A stretch of 64,000 bases of DNA from a bacterium (GCA_021791545.1 JAJYWL010000016.1:87545-151544); one strand, 5' to 3'; shown: positions 45,296 to 55,781, counted from the first letter of the stretch. Program-made: numbers and translations. Notes: generated by a model from the sequence alone, not told the origin.

Positions 45296-47123
45296 AAATT
45301 TCTCTGTTTCTGGTCAAAGTTTCCTCAGGTAATTCCATTATAAACCTTGATACAATATTACTCGTTCTTTGCCCGAAATATAACCTCCTTCTTGCATATG
45401 TAAGGAAAAGTTTTTCTTTTGCCCTTGTCATTCCTACATAGCAAAGTCTTCTTTCTTCCTCAAGTTCCTGTCTATTCATGAGGCTTCTTGAGTGTGGGAA
45501 AAGACCTTCTTCCATTCCTACCATAAAAACAACAGGGAATTCTAAGCCTTTTGCTGCATGTAAAGTCATTAAATTAACAGTGTTTTTTATATTGTCGGGA
45601 TCTACGTGATCAGGAATATATTCTTGTTCTACGAGGGCAACATTTTCAAGAAATTCCGAAGGAATAGGAAATTCTATAGCAACCGATCTTAATTCTTTTA
45701 TGTTTTCAAGTCTTGCCCTATCTTCTTCATCTTTTTCGTCAAACATCGTAAGATACTCAGTTGCTTTTATTACACTGTCCATAACGTCTATGGTTTTAAG
45801 TTCTTTTATCTTTTCTCCCAAGCTTTCCTGAAATTCCAAGAATTTTTTAAGTCTGGTTTTGCCTATTTTTTCTATCCTCTTAAGAGAAGTTTTGTCTTTG
45901 GGATTATCTAAGACCTTAAGAAAAGCCAGGATATCTTTTATTTCTTTTCTTTCATAAAATCTTACTCCTCCTATTAGGATATAGGGGATAGAGAAATGGA
46001 GAAGGGCCTCTTCAATTGATCTTGATTGAGCATTCGTCCTGTAAAGAACGGCAAAATCCGAATATTTTAAATCCGGTCTTTGATATTTTATTTTTTCGAT
46101 CTGGTCAATTATGAATTGTGCTTCTTTTTCCTCATTCAAAGCTTCATATATTGCTATGTCTTCTCCTTTTTTATTTTCCGTCCAAAGTTTAAGAACTGGA
46201 TGTGAGTTGTTCCTTGAGATTACCGAGGAAGCGGCATCAAGAATTCGTTGTGTTGAGCGATAATTTTGGGATAAAGAAAAGGTTTTAACGTTTGAAAAAT
46301 CATCTTTGAATTTTGAAAGATTCTGGTAATCGGCTCCTCTAAAGCTATATATACTTTGGGCAAAATCTCCGACCACGCATACGTTTTTCCATTTGGCAGA
46401 CAAAAGTCTTGTAAGAGAATACTGCGCATGATTTGTATCCTGGTATTCGTCTACGAGTATATATCTGAATCTTGTTTGGTATTTTTCAAGTATTTCAGGA
46501 TAGGTTTTTAGGATTGAAACAGTTTTTAGTATGAGATCATCAAAGTCTAGTGCGTTATTTTCCTTCAAATGTTTTTGATAGAGAAGATATACTTTTGCCG
46601 CTGTTTCCTGGAAAAGACCCCTTGCATATTGGGGATATTGAGTTTCGTCTATCAGCTCATTTTTGGCTTCGGAAATAGTATTTAATATTGAAGAGGGTTT
46701 AAATTCTTTTATTGAGATTCCTAATTCTTTATAACACTCTTTTATCGTGTCTTTTTGATCCTGGTCGTCATAAATGGCAAAATTTGAACCCAGTCCCACT
46801 CTATTTCCTTCTACCCTTAATATCTTTGCGCAAAGTGAATGAAAAGTAGAGACAGTGGGTAAAGGTTGATCGGGAAGAAGCCTAAGAATTCTTTCTTTCA
46901 TCTCTTTGGCTGCCTTATTTGTAAAGGTAACCATCAGGATTTCCGATGGATCTACCCCTTTTTCTTTTATAAGATAGACTACTTTATAGGTTAAAACCCT
47001 TGTTTTTCCCGATCCTGCGCCGGCAAGAATTATCATCGGACCATCGGTGTTTTTTACTGCTTCTTGTTGTTCGGGGTTCAAATCATTGAGAAGTTCGAGC
47101 TTCATATCGTATAATGATATCAC
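45264..47123 (-). CDS. ATP-dependent DNA helicase UvrD/PcrA family (compact, 619 aa)
   Basis: Walker A (AGAGSGKTRVL), helicase motifs (ILVDEYQDTN, YRS) and a UvrD C-terminal region. Confidence 0.8.
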   Translation of the reverse strand: MISLYDMKLELLNDLNPEQQEAVKNTDGPMIILAGAGSGKTRVLTYKVVYLIKEKGVDPSEILMVTFTNKAAKEMKERILRLLPDQPLPTVSTFHSLCAKILRVEGNRVGLGSNFAIYDDQDQKDTIKECYKELGISIKEFKPSSILNTISEAKNELIDETQYPQYARGLFQETAAKVYLLYQKHLKENNALDFDDLILKTVSILKTYPEILEKYQTRFRYILVDEYQDTNHAQYSLTRLLSAKWKNVCVVGDFAQSIYSFRGADYQNLSKFKDDFSNVKTFSLSQNYRSTQRILDAASSVISRNNSHPVLKLWTENKKGEDIAIYEALNEEKEAQFIIDQIEKIKYQRPDLKYSDFAVLYRTNAQSRSIEEALLHFSIPYILIGGVRFYERKEIKDILAFLKVLDNPKDKTSLKRIEKIGKTRLKKFLEFQESLGEKIKELKTIDVMDSVIKATEYLTMFDEKDEEDRARLENIKELRSVAIEFPIPSEFLENVALVEQEYIPDHVDPDNIKNTVNLMTLHAAKGLEFPVVFMVGMEEGLFPHSRSLMNRQELEEERRLCYVGMTRAKEKLFLTYARRRLYFGQRTSNIVSRFIMELPEETLTRNREIFEGKEGSDFY

Positions 47124-47765
47124 ATGGAAACCCCTTTAATAATTGCAAATTTTAAGTCAAACATGACGCTTATGGATGCTCAAAAATGGCTTCAATCCTT
47201 TTCAAATAAGAGCAGTAAGAAAGTCATAATTCTGCCTCCGTTTACTCTTCTTTCCTTTTTTAGATCATTTATCGAAAATGCAAAAATAAAGGTCTCTCTT
47301 GGTTCACAAAACGTTTCGCAATATGGAGAAGGAGCATATACAGGAGAAGTAAATGCAAAACAAGTAAAGGATTATTGTGAATATGTTCTGATAGGGCATT
47401 CTGAAAGAAGAAAGTATTTTTCGGAAAAAAAAGAAGACCTTGCCAAGAAGGTAGAGAAAGCATTAGAATCTAAGCTTGTACCCATTTATTGTGTACAAGG
47501 AGAAGAGGAGGTTCCTCAAGGCATAGAAATAGTAGCCTACGAGCCCACATTTGCTATAGGAACAGGAAATCCCGATTCTCCGGAAAATGCACAAAAAGTC
47601 TCAGACTATTTTAAGAAAAAAGGAATTAAAATCTTTCTGTACGGAGGAAGCGTAAATTCAATGAATGTGGGAAATTTCACAAAAAAAGAAAATATAGACG
47701 GAGTTTTGGTGGGAGGAGCAAGTCTTGACCCTCAAGAATTTAAAAAAATCATTGAAAATGCCTAA
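47124..47765 (+). CDS. tpiA: triose-phosphate isomerase (compact, 213 aa)
   Basis: Catalytic motifs NFK, IGHSERR, and AYEPTFAIGTG. Confidence 0.8.
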   Translation: METPLIIANFKSNMTLMDAQKWLQSFSNKSSKKVIILPPFTLLSFFRSFIENAKIKVSLGSQNVSQYGEGAYTGEVNAKQVKDYCEYVLIGHSERRKYFSEKKEDLAKKVEKALESKLVPIYCVQGEEEVPQGIEIVAYEPTFAIGTGNPDSPENAQKVSDYFKKKGIKIFLYGGSVNSMNVGNFTKKENIDGVLVGGASLDPQEFKKIIENA

Positions 47766-48864
47766 AAAGATAACCCTAATTATTCTTACGGTTTTTGTTG
47801 TTGTGGGATTATTTATACTAAGAACAGTAAATATATATCCTTTTTTATTCCAACTTCTTTTTAATCAGGGGGTCTCTCTTAAGCAAAACGACAGTAAGGT
47901 AAATATCCTACTTTTAGGAATCGGTGGAGGTTCCCATGACGGACCTAATCTTACAGACACAATTATTCTTGCTACTCTTGATCAAAAAGCCGACAGAATT
48001 ACTTTAACTTCAATCCCAAGAGACCTTTGGTTTCCCGACATAAATGCGAAAATAAACGATGCATACGCAGACGGAGAGGATAAAAGAAAAGGTGGAGGAC
48101 TTATCGAAGCAGAAGCATCGATAGCAAAAATAACCGGACAAGAAATTGATTATGGAGTAAGGATAGACTTTTCAGGCTTCGTAAAGGCCGTAGATATCGT
48201 AGGAGGATTGGATATAAACGTTGACAATACTTTCGATGATTATGCTTACCCTATAAGCGGCAAAGAGGATGATACTTGCGGTAATACTCCCGAGGACATA
48301 AAAGCATACACGGAAAGTGGAACCGCTTCTGCGGAACTGGAACTTCAAAAGTTTCCATGTAGGTATAAACATATACATTTCAATAAGGGAATGACTCATA
48401 TGGATGGGGAAACCGCTCTTGAATTTGTAAGATCAAGACATGCCTTGGGCGTTGAGGGGAGCGATTTCGCAAGAAGTAAAAGACAGGAGAAGGTAATCTC
48501 GGCTTTTAAGAGTAAAGTTCTTTCTGCTCAAACCCTTATAAATCCCGGTAAGATAATCAGTCTCTATACTGTCTTAGCGGGAAGCATAGACACAGACATA
48601 AAACAGACCGAATTCGACGATTTCATTAGGCTTGCCGAGAAAATGAGAGGCGCAAAAATACAAAGTACTTCGATAGATCAGGGGGATGAGGCAACAGGAA
48701 GGCCGGGATTGCTTGTTAACCCAGATCCTTCTGCAACATATAATTATGCTTGGGTTTTAATACCCAGAACGGGAAATGGAAATTATTCAGAAATACAATC
48801 TTATATATCTTGCCAAATTAGTAAGGGCGGATGTAATGTAGCTCCGGCAAAAGTCTCTCAATAG
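47758..48864 (+). CDS. LytR-CpsA-Psr (LCP) family cell envelope-associated phosphotransferase
   Basis: The N-terminal TM segment and LLLGIGGGSHDGPNLTDTIILATLD...LTSIPRDLWF are typical of LCP. The ATG at 47758 is preferred over the track start at 47725. Confidence 0.75.
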   Translation: MPKKITLIILTVFVVVGLFILRTVNIYPFLFQLLFNQGVSLKQNDSKVNILLLGIGGGSHDGPNLTDTIILATLDQKADRITLTSIPRDLWFPDINAKINDAYADGEDKRKGGGLIEAEASIAKITGQEIDYGVRIDFSGFVKAVDIVGGLDINVDNTFDDYAYPISGKEDDTCGNTPEDIKAYTESGTASAELELQKFPCRYKHIHFNKGMTHMDGETALEFVRSRHALGVEGSDFARSKRQEKVISAFKSKVLSAQTLINPGKIISLYTVLAGSIDTDIKQTEFDDFIRLAEKMRGAKIQSTSIDQGDEATGRPGLLVNPDPSATYNYAWVLIPRTGNGNYSEIQSYISCQISKGGCNVAPAKVSQ

Positions 48865-48868
48865 AGAT

Positions 48869-51058
48869 TTATTTCTTCACGGAAATTATTAGGGTCTGAT
48901 TATTTTGATAAATTATTTTTCCTAACTTCTTGAATTTTTCGATATTTAGAGAAGGATATTTTTCTCTTTCCAAGTCTCCGATAAATATAAGGTCTATTCC
49001 ATATTTTTTAATTAATTTTTGTGTAAGTTTAATATCATTTGTTTCATAGATTGTTTTTATATCTTCTATTCTTGGGGAAACAACTTCATAGCTATTTCTC
49101 CAGAACCATTCATGTACTGTCCATCCTAGTACTGTAGGAAGGCCCGTGTTTACGGATATCCTTCCGTAATCCGTATAGGAATCTCCTTGAGCTTCCAGGA
49201 TTATTGGTTGTCCTTTTATATTCTTATTGATCCACGATATTGCTTCGTAATCTGAAGGATAAAGAGTCTTAAGGTAGTTTATTCCATTAAGACCATTATA
49301 AGTTCGTAGATTATTGTAATAAGAGTTAATAGAGAAAATAGGATATATTGAAACAAGATAGAAAAGAACGCCTGCAGGAATTAACAATAAGACAAAGATG
49401 ATCCATTTTATAAAACTTTTTGATACAACAGACTTTATGTTAAAGACGATATTTGTAACTGCAAAGCTGCTTGCGATAGAGAGCATAATAAAAATTTGAT
49501 AAGCAACCTTAAACATTGTATTTGCTCTGGGGTAAGTGGCAAAAATATCTTTAAAATAAACAGTCTCGGGGATTAAAATTAAAAATGCTCCCGTAAACAT
49601 CAGTAAAAGAATGAACTTATCGCTTGGGTTTATTTTTAATTTACTTTTAAATTTCCAAGTCAAAAATAAGAGGAATGAAATTATCCAAAAGAAGAAAAAT
49701 CCGTAAAGTATTAAAAGTTCCCAAAAATATGAGTGTTGACAGACAGGGTCAAAAACAAAAGGACCAATCTTGCCTATGTTAACAAGAAATTGTGGAGGAC
49801 AAAGAAAGCTTATTCCGGAGACGAAAGGTTTATAAAAAATATTAAAAGGTAGAGTAAAGATAAAATAAAAAATAGAAGTAAGAGCAACGGGAACTACAAA
49901 ATTTTTCAAGTTTTTCATGTTTACTGTTTTTTTCGAAAACGAATTAAATGAAGTGAAAAGAAATAGAAGGACAACCAAGAAAAGATATATTATTCCATCC
50001 CAGGCATTAGTCATATACATGATGGCAAGCATAAGACTTAAAAGAAGAATATAGAAAATGAAGAATCCTCTTCGGAGAAAATTAAGTTTTATTTCTTTGT
50101 CTTTTATTTTAAGAAATAGCGAAAAGATTAAGGCGATAGCAAATAAAGTAAAAGGTGTATCGAGTAAGTGTCCGTGTAGATCGGAAAGCGCCAGGGCATA
50201 TGAGGGGAATTCATGTATTGTATGATAAATGAACCTCGTAGCTGAGGGGTACCAGTAGGAGTTTGGAAATGTCTGGGGCGAAAAAACCAATTGCCAAAAA
50301 GGAATAGGATTGTCTCCTTTATAAGGTACAAAAAATGCATAGACGGTTTGAAGATTGCCCGAAAGAGTAACTAAAAAAGCCGTAAGTAATCCTCCTAGAA
50401 AAGCTTTCCATTTTTTTAGATTAATTTGTCCGAGTAAGTTATATCCTATTGAAAAAGAGGAAGAGAAAATAAGAGAGAATAAAGTAGCGATCATAAGATT
50501 ATAGGTGATATAAGAGGGAATACTTGAAAGCTTGGTAAGTAGTGCAGTAACAAAATGCCCATAATAGTAATAGTTAATCGTAAAAGGAGCAAACCACATG
50601 TCTTTTGGAGGAAAGTAATCACTTCTTAAAAGAGTATTAACGAAACCAAAATCCATAAACTTTTCTATCCCATGTATATCCGGTTGATAGGACCTAATGA
50701 TTGCCCAAAACGATAACGAAAGAATAAATATAATTTCTTCGACAAGAAAGATTTTCCATTTAGTTTTTACGAGTAAGGTAAAGTCATGCAAAAGACTTCT
50801 TTTGTAAAAAGCAAAAACTCCAAATAGAAGAAGATAACCTAAGATAACGATATATGAGTTTAGAAAGTTGAACTTAAGAAGTCTTAAGGTCCCGAGTAAA
50901 AAAACGGTATAAGAAACTAAAGAAATGCCAAGAATTTTTGAGAATATGTAACCTTTGTCTTGAAATTTAGAAAAGACGTAAGAAGATAAAGGAAGGAATA
51001 ATAATCCAATTATAAAAATAACGAACCACCAAATGGAGGCATTAATTAAGTCAGACAT
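48869..51058 (-). CDS. Chlor_Arch_YYY/DUF2298-type large polytopic membrane protein (GT-C-like) with a C-terminal soluble domain
   Basis: Conserved motif INYYYYGHFVTALL. About 16 predicted TM helices. Confidence 0.55.
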   Translation of the reverse strand: MSDLINASIWWFVIFIIGLLFLPLSSYVFSKFQDKGYIFSKILGISLVSYTVFLLGTLRLLKFNFLNSYIVILGYLLLFGVFAFYKRSLLHDFTLLVKTKWKIFLVEEIIFILSLSFWAIIRSYQPDIHGIEKFMDFGFVNTLLRSDYFPPKDMWFAPFTINYYYYGHFVTALLTKLSSIPSYITYNLMIATLFSLIFSSSFSIGYNLLGQINLKKWKAFLGGLLTAFLVTLSGNLQTVYAFFVPYKGDNPIPFWQLVFSPQTFPNSYWYPSATRFIYHTIHEFPSYALALSDLHGHLLDTPFTLFAIALIFSLFLKIKDKEIKLNFLRRGFFIFYILLLSLMLAIMYMTNAWDGIIYLFLVVLLFLFTSFNSFSKKTVNMKNLKNFVVPVALTSIFYFIFTLPFNIFYKPFVSGISFLCPPQFLVNIGKIGPFVFDPVCQHSYFWELLILYGFFFFWIISFLLFLTWKFKSKLKINPSDKFILLLMFTGAFLILIPETVYFKDIFATYPRANTMFKVAYQIFIMLSIASSFAVTNIVFNIKSVVSKSFIKWIIFVLLLIPAGVLFYLVSIYPIFSINSYYNNLRTYNGLNGINYLKTLYPSDYEAISWINKNIKGQPIILEAQGDSYTDYGRISVNTGLPTVLGWTVHEWFWRNSYEVVSPRIEDIKTIYETNDIKLTQKLIKKYGIDLIFIGDLEREKYPSLNIEKFKKLGKIIYQNNQTLIISVKK

Positions 51059-51074
51059 AATAAAGAATTATACA

Positions 51075-52841
51075 TCACTTGATCTTGTAAAGAGTAAATT
51101 CTGGATTTTGATAAACGACAGGATATTTATTATCAAAAAGATTTTTATCTACTCCCATATCTATGATATCTTCGTTACTTAATAAGACATATTTTATAGG
51201 AAACTCTTTTAAAAGAGGATTATTATTTGAAGGATTTCTATAAAAATTTTCAAGTAAATTTTGTCTTGATAAATAATTTATTCCTCTACTCCAAAGCCAT
51301 CCCGGATATCCAACTATTACCGGTCTTCCTGCCAGAGAATCAACCGGATTACGGTGATATGTACCCGTAAGAATCAAATCTTTTTGACTGATGTTTTGTT
51401 TAATATAATCTGCAGTTTCTCTGGCATAAGGGTCAAAAATAACAGGAAGGGAATTGTAGGGCGTTGCAATTCTGGGAAGCATATCTAAGACTCCGGAGAA
51501 AAGAGAGAAGAATGAGAAAAGAATAATCAAGGTAAGTCCCAGATATTTTTTGTTTAATGCGATTTCTTTGAGTAAAAGTAAAATTACAGGAACAGCAAAG
51601 AACTGAAAATAAACAAATATTTTATTATCGTCAAAATCCCAAGGTTGAAACCTTATTAACTGTCCACATAAGAAAAGTAAAATAGAAGCAAGGGAAAATG
51701 ATAGGAAGATAAGAAAACCCTTTTTTAAAAAATATTCTTTTTTCCATAAGATAATCAGAAAAGAAATAACGAATAGAGGAAGAATGACTCCAAAATTTAG
51801 CCAGAGGAATTGCAAATAATAAATACTGAGGGCACTTGGTAAAACGCCGGGAGGGAAAACGACGGAACCAATTGTAGGAGGGACCATCCAGCCAAACCTA
51901 AATACAAGAAAGCTGTCTTTTACATATGTACTCGGCTGTAATAAAAAAAGAAGCTGTGGAAGAGAAATTATAAAACCTACGATTCCCGTAAAAAGAATTC
52001 TTTTTACGAAAGGAAAATCTTTTCTAATAAAGCTTATGAAAAGAAAAGAAAAAATAGTAATTACTGCGGCAACAAAACTATGAGTATGCATCATCGGGAG
52101 AAGTCCCAGGGAAATCCCGCTTAGATAAATCCATTTTTTGCTTTTATTTTTTTCAAGAATTAATAATGTTGCAAGAAAAAGCATAAAGCCTGTCATTCCT
52201 AAAAAGAATGCTCTCTGATGTAAAAGGACTAAGCTAAGCGGAGCACCAAAATCTATACTTTGCATGGGATATTTTGCATCAAGCCTGACGACTGTAGTCA
52301 AATGATTTTGAATAAAATAGGTAATAAACTGGGTGAAATTTAATCCTTTTCTTAGAGCATCTCCCAAATACTCAAATCCCGCGACTCCACTTCCCAAAAA
52401 GAATATCAAGAGAGAAAGAAAAGCGAGTCTTCTGTCTTTAAGAAAACGATTATAGATATAAAAGATAAGAAGAATATTTAATGAAGCAAATACAAAAGAA
52501 GGAAAAAGAAAAGAGAATGAAAAAAGACCAGTGAATCTTAGGAGTAAGCCGCTAATTAGGTTAATAATGAAAGGATAATCAAGTTTTTGTCCATAAAAAA
52601 TAGGTTCGTTAAGATTGAAATTATTTTCAAATGCAAATTTTGTAACTTGGGTAAGATGAAGAGGAATATCTCCATAACCCGTAATTGTGCTTCTTATATT
52701 TCCGTCTCCACCTATATAGAAAGTTTGAGAAATTAGAAATAGGTGAAACATTATAAAAGCCGAAAGAAGGATAACAAGAAGTAAATTTTTTCTGTCGTAG
52801 TACGAAAGAATTTTTCTTTTAAAGGATTTTAAAAAACTCAT
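51075..52841 (-). CDS. large polytopic membrane protein, putative GT-C fold glycosyltransferase
   Basis: 588 aa, multi-TM. It lies adjacent to the YYY protein. No specific family recognised. Confidence 0.4.
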   Translation of the reverse strand: MSFLKSFKRKILSYYDRKNLLLVILLSAFIMFHLFLISQTFYIGGDGNIRSTITGYGDIPLHLTQVTKFAFENNFNLNEPIFYGQKLDYPFIINLISGLLLRFTGLFSFSFLFPSFVFASLNILLIFYIYNRFLKDRRLAFLSLLIFFLGSGVAGFEYLGDALRKGLNFTQFITYFIQNHLTTVVRLDAKYPMQSIDFGAPLSLVLLHQRAFFLGMTGFMLFLATLLILEKNKSKKWIYLSGISLGLLPMMHTHSFVAAVITIFSFLFISFIRKDFPFVKRILFTGIVGFIISLPQLLFLLQPSTYVKDSFLVFRFGWMVPPTIGSVVFPPGVLPSALSIYYLQFLWLNFGVILPLFVISFLIILWKKEYFLKKGFLIFLSFSLASILLFLCGQLIRFQPWDFDDNKIFVYFQFFAVPVILLLLKEIALNKKYLGLTLIILFSFFSLFSGVLDMLPRIATPYNSLPVIFDPYARETADYIKQNISQKDLILTGTYHRNPVDSLAGRPVIVGYPGWLWSRGINYLSRQNLLENFYRNPSNNNPLLKEFPIKYVLLSNEDIIDMGVDKNLFDNKYPVVYQNPEFTLYKIK

Positions 52842-54253
52842 ATGGTAAAGCTTCCGCGAGATAGAAGGAAAAGAAGGGCAGCAAAAATAGTTATTCCTAT
52901 TCCCATGAATCCTGCAAGTATTATATTAGGATTTCCGCTTGCCGGAAGAGGTGATACTGATGCAGTAGGACTTGCAAAAATTGTCGGTGTTGCCGACGCA
53001 GAATTGTCTATGAATGGCGTTACGGTAATTACGGGAGTAGCGGCAACAGTTACCAAAGGAGTCGGTGTTGCGGTAGGAAGAACTGTAGGAGTTGGAGTGC
53101 TTGTGGGTAGGGGTGTAGCAGAAGGAATAGGAGTAGGAGAAATTGTCGTAGTCCCGTTAGGCAATTGAGTTCCAGCAGCATATACGGTAAAGGATTCGGT
53201 CAGTGTTTTTACAAGACCCGAAGCATCTGTTGTGATAATTGAAATTGTATGTTGTCCTGGAGAGAGGGGAGTAGTTGGCCTGTAAGACCAGTTTCCGCTC
53301 GAGTCGGTTTTTACGGTAGTATTTATCTGGCTATCCGAGTGGATAATAATTTGTACATCTTTATTGGGAACAGCTGTTCCTTTAAATTCCGGTTTTTGAT
53401 CGGTTAGTCCTTGTCCACTTGTCGGAGATGTTATCTTAATATTTGCGGAAGAAGTACTCGTAAGAGACGGAAAAGAAGACAATGATCCCGAAGGAGTTGA
53501 GATAGGGTTTTGGCCTTGTGTGAAATCATAATCTTTACCCAATATTACGGGCGGGATAGGATTTATTTGATTAATTGAAGCTGAAACATTGGAGTTTCCC
53601 ATAGGAGAAATGATGAGCATTCTTAAAATAGAATCAGACGAGAAATTAAAATAGGAAGTTAAAGTAGAATTTCTAACCGAGTTTAATGGGATAAGATATG
53701 ACCCGTCACTTTTTACTAAAGCAGAGATTACCTGGGAATCGGCGGTTGTAAGATAGATTACGGTATCGGAAAGGTTATTTCCATCTGTAATTATTTTACC
53801 AACGATAGGCTTCTGGTCAGACGGACTTCCTATGGATGCTCCCGTTGTTACAAGAAAAAAACTTCCATTATTGTAGTAACTGGTAGAGCCGCTGGTAATA
53901 GTAAAGTAATAAGTAGTCGTGGGTTTAAGGTTTCTTACGGAAAAATAATGGGACTTATAAGTTTTTATAGTTGATTGTCCTTGATCTCTGTCGTCGAGTG
54001 CATTTTGCCCAAGTTTCTTGTCGCTTCCGTATGAAAGAGATCCTGTAACCGAGTCACTTGTAAGGTAGGAAACAGTAAAGGAATTATCGGAAATATTTGT
54101 TATTCTTACGTTTTGAGGTTCTTGTCCTGGTGCCGCTTTACTTACGAAAATGACCCCCTTGTTAACTAAAAAAGTGGTAACTCCGACTCCAATTACTATG
54201 ACAAGAATTCCAAACAGAGTTGGAATTCTTCTATCCCAAAAATTTTTCCTCAT
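52838..54253 (-). CDS. cell-surface protein with an N-terminal signal anchor, FN3/Ig-like beta-rich regions, a T/P-rich linker and a C-terminal LPASG-hydrophobic-SRGS sorting-signal-like tail
   Basis: The C-terminus is SPLPASGNPNIILAGFMGIGITIFAALLFLLSRGSFTI. TPTPT repeats are present. Confidence 0.45.
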   Translation of the reverse strand: MRKNFWDRRIPTLFGILVIVIGVGVTTFLVNKGVIFVSKAAPGQEPQNVRITNISDNSFTVSYLTSDSVTGSLSYGSDKKLGQNALDDRDQGQSTIKTYKSHYFSVRNLKPTTTYYFTITSGSTSYYNNGSFFLVTTGASIGSPSDQKPIVGKIITDGNNLSDTVIYLTTADSQVISALVKSDGSYLIPLNSVRNSTLTSYFNFSSDSILRMLIISPMGNSNVSASINQINPIPPVILGKDYDFTQGQNPISTPSGSLSSFPSLTSTSSANIKITSPTSGQGLTDQKPEFKGTAVPNKDVQIIIHSDSQINTTVKTDSSGNWSYRPTTPLSPGQHTISIITTDASGLVKTLTESFTVYAAGTQLPNGTTTISPTPIPSATPLPTSTPTPTVLPTATPTPLVTVAATPVITVTPFIDNSASATPTIFASPTASVSPLPASGNPNIILAGFMGIGITIFAALLFLLSRGSFTI

Positions 54254-54588
54254 GGTAATAAATTACCTCCAGGCGAGGCTTGCGCAGAAGAACTCGCCGG
54301 CAAAGAAGGCGTTGGTGACGCGATAGGAGTGGGTGTAAGTTGGGGAACGGGTGTAGGTGTGATAACGGCAGAAGCCGAGGCATTCTCAAAAACTGGATTT
54401 ATTTGTGTTCTTGCCTTTAGTTTATCTAATGTTGCCATATCAAAAATAGGAGAGATTGGTGAAATTTGTGAATCTAAAGTTTGAGAGACAGTCGATGTCC
54501 TCAAGTTATGGAAAACACCAAAAATTATCCAAAGAATTACAAATATTACGCTTGGCACCAGAATCATTAAAATATCTTTTCTTTTCAT
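54250..54588 (-). CDS. small membrane-anchored Pro/Thr-rich protein (possible PilP-like component)
   Basis: N-terminal TM segment and a P/T-rich C-terminus. It is translationally coupled within the pilN-pilO gene string. Confidence 0.3.
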   Translation of the reverse strand: MKRKDILMILVPSVIFVILWIIFGVFHNLRTSTVSQTLDSQISPISPIFDMATLDKLKARTQINPVFENASASAVITPTPVPQLTPTPIASPTPSLPASSSAQASPGGNLLP

Positions 54589-55193
54589 TGTTTAAAGTAA
54601 ACTGTTCCTCTAATACTTACCTGTAAGCCTCCTCCGGTATCGGATTTTTTAGTTACTGTTACAGAGTCGACTGTAAGAATTCTTTGGAAATTTGTTACGT
54701 CCGAAAGGAAAGAGGATATATCCGAATAATTTCCGTCGGCGCTAAAGTTAAAATTATAACTATAGAATTTTTTAGGAGGAAGATTTGTATCGGCCACAAC
54801 TTGGTTTGTCTGGAATGTTGTAAGAGTAAGATTATATTTACTCATAAGAGCTTGTACTTGGGCCATTACTAGTGGAACATCCGGTTTTTGAGGAATAGCA
54901 GATAAAACAACGGGTATGTCTTGTTGAATTTGAGCATATTTGTCTTGAAGTGTCGAAAGGTTGTTAATTTTTGTTTGAAGTGCTTGATCAACGGCCTGAT
55001 CATCTGACAATTCTTTCTGAAGCTGGGCAATAGTAGAAAGAGTAGGGCTTAAGGCAAAAAGTCCGAAAAATATTATGGCTATCAAGGTTAGAACAATTGT
55101 TGTAAATTTCTGGGTTTTTTCTTCCTTGAACGAAGGAAGAAGTTCCATATATTTATTTTTTTGTAAATCTTTAAATAAATTAGTTACCTGCAT
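54585..55193 (-). CDS. type IV pilus assembly protein PilO-like
   Basis: Single N-terminal TM segment, a coiled-coil, then an alpha/beta periplasmic domain. It lies directly downstream of pilN. Confidence 0.5.
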   Translation of the reverse strand: MQVTNLFKDLQKNKYMELLPSFKEEKTQKFTTIVLTLIAIIFFGLFALSPTLSTIAQLQKELSDDQAVDQALQTKINNLSTLQDKYAQIQQDIPVVLSAIPQKPDVPLVMAQVQALMSKYNLTLTTFQTNQVVADTNLPPKKFYSYNFNFSADGNYSDISSFLSDVTNFQRILTVDSVTVTKKSDTGGGLQVSIRGTVYFKQ

Positions 55194-55734
55194 TTTTTGC
55201 TCCTTTCAATGTCGCTGTTATGCTTACCGTTAGAGACGAAGAACTTGATTTATTTTCTATTTTATCGATACTAACCGATTCAACAGGAGAATATTTCCTG
55301 AGTTGATTTGCAAGGGAAGTAAGTGAATTAACGGAATCTACATTAGCATCTATTCTTATTTGTCCTGAGCTCACGGCCAAAACGTTGTATGTTACTCCCT
55401 GAGGAGTAAAGGCAATGACATCTTTAAAGATATTTACATTGGCCGCTGAATCTTGGGAAAAAGAAGACGCGAGAAGAAGTCTTTCCTGAAGGTTTCTGAA
55501 TTTAGCTTCCTGATCCTTGAAATTATAGACTATCGCTTGTTTCTGTTTTACTGCCTGTTTTGTGTCAATAATTTGTTGATCGAGAGTAAACCTATAAAGA
55601 AAAGCTGCAAGAGCAATAAGTTCGACTACTACCACCAAAATTCTTCCTGTAGTTAGGGACCAGTTAATAACACGGTCTACCGTTTTGCCCTTCTGATTGG
55701 AAAGCAAATTAATAGAGCTGCCCTTTTTTTGCAT
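55180..55734 (-). CDS. pilN: type IV pilus assembly protein PilN
   Basis: Conserved N-terminal INLL motif (SSINLLSNQKG), followed by a single TM segment and a periplasmic domain. Confidence 0.55.
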   Translation of the reverse strand: MQKKGSSINLLSNQKGKTVDRVINWSLTTGRILVVVVELIALAAFLYRFTLDQQIIDTKQAVKQKQAIVYNFKDQEAKFRNLQERLLLASSFSQDSAANVNIFKDVIAFTPQGVTYNVLAVSSGQIRIDANVDSVNSLTSLANQLRKYSPVESVSIDKIENKSSSSSLTVSITATLKGAKNAGN

Positions 55735-55781
55735 TACAAATTTAGTCTAGGGTTTTTTTGAGGTTTTGTCAAAGAGAAAGT

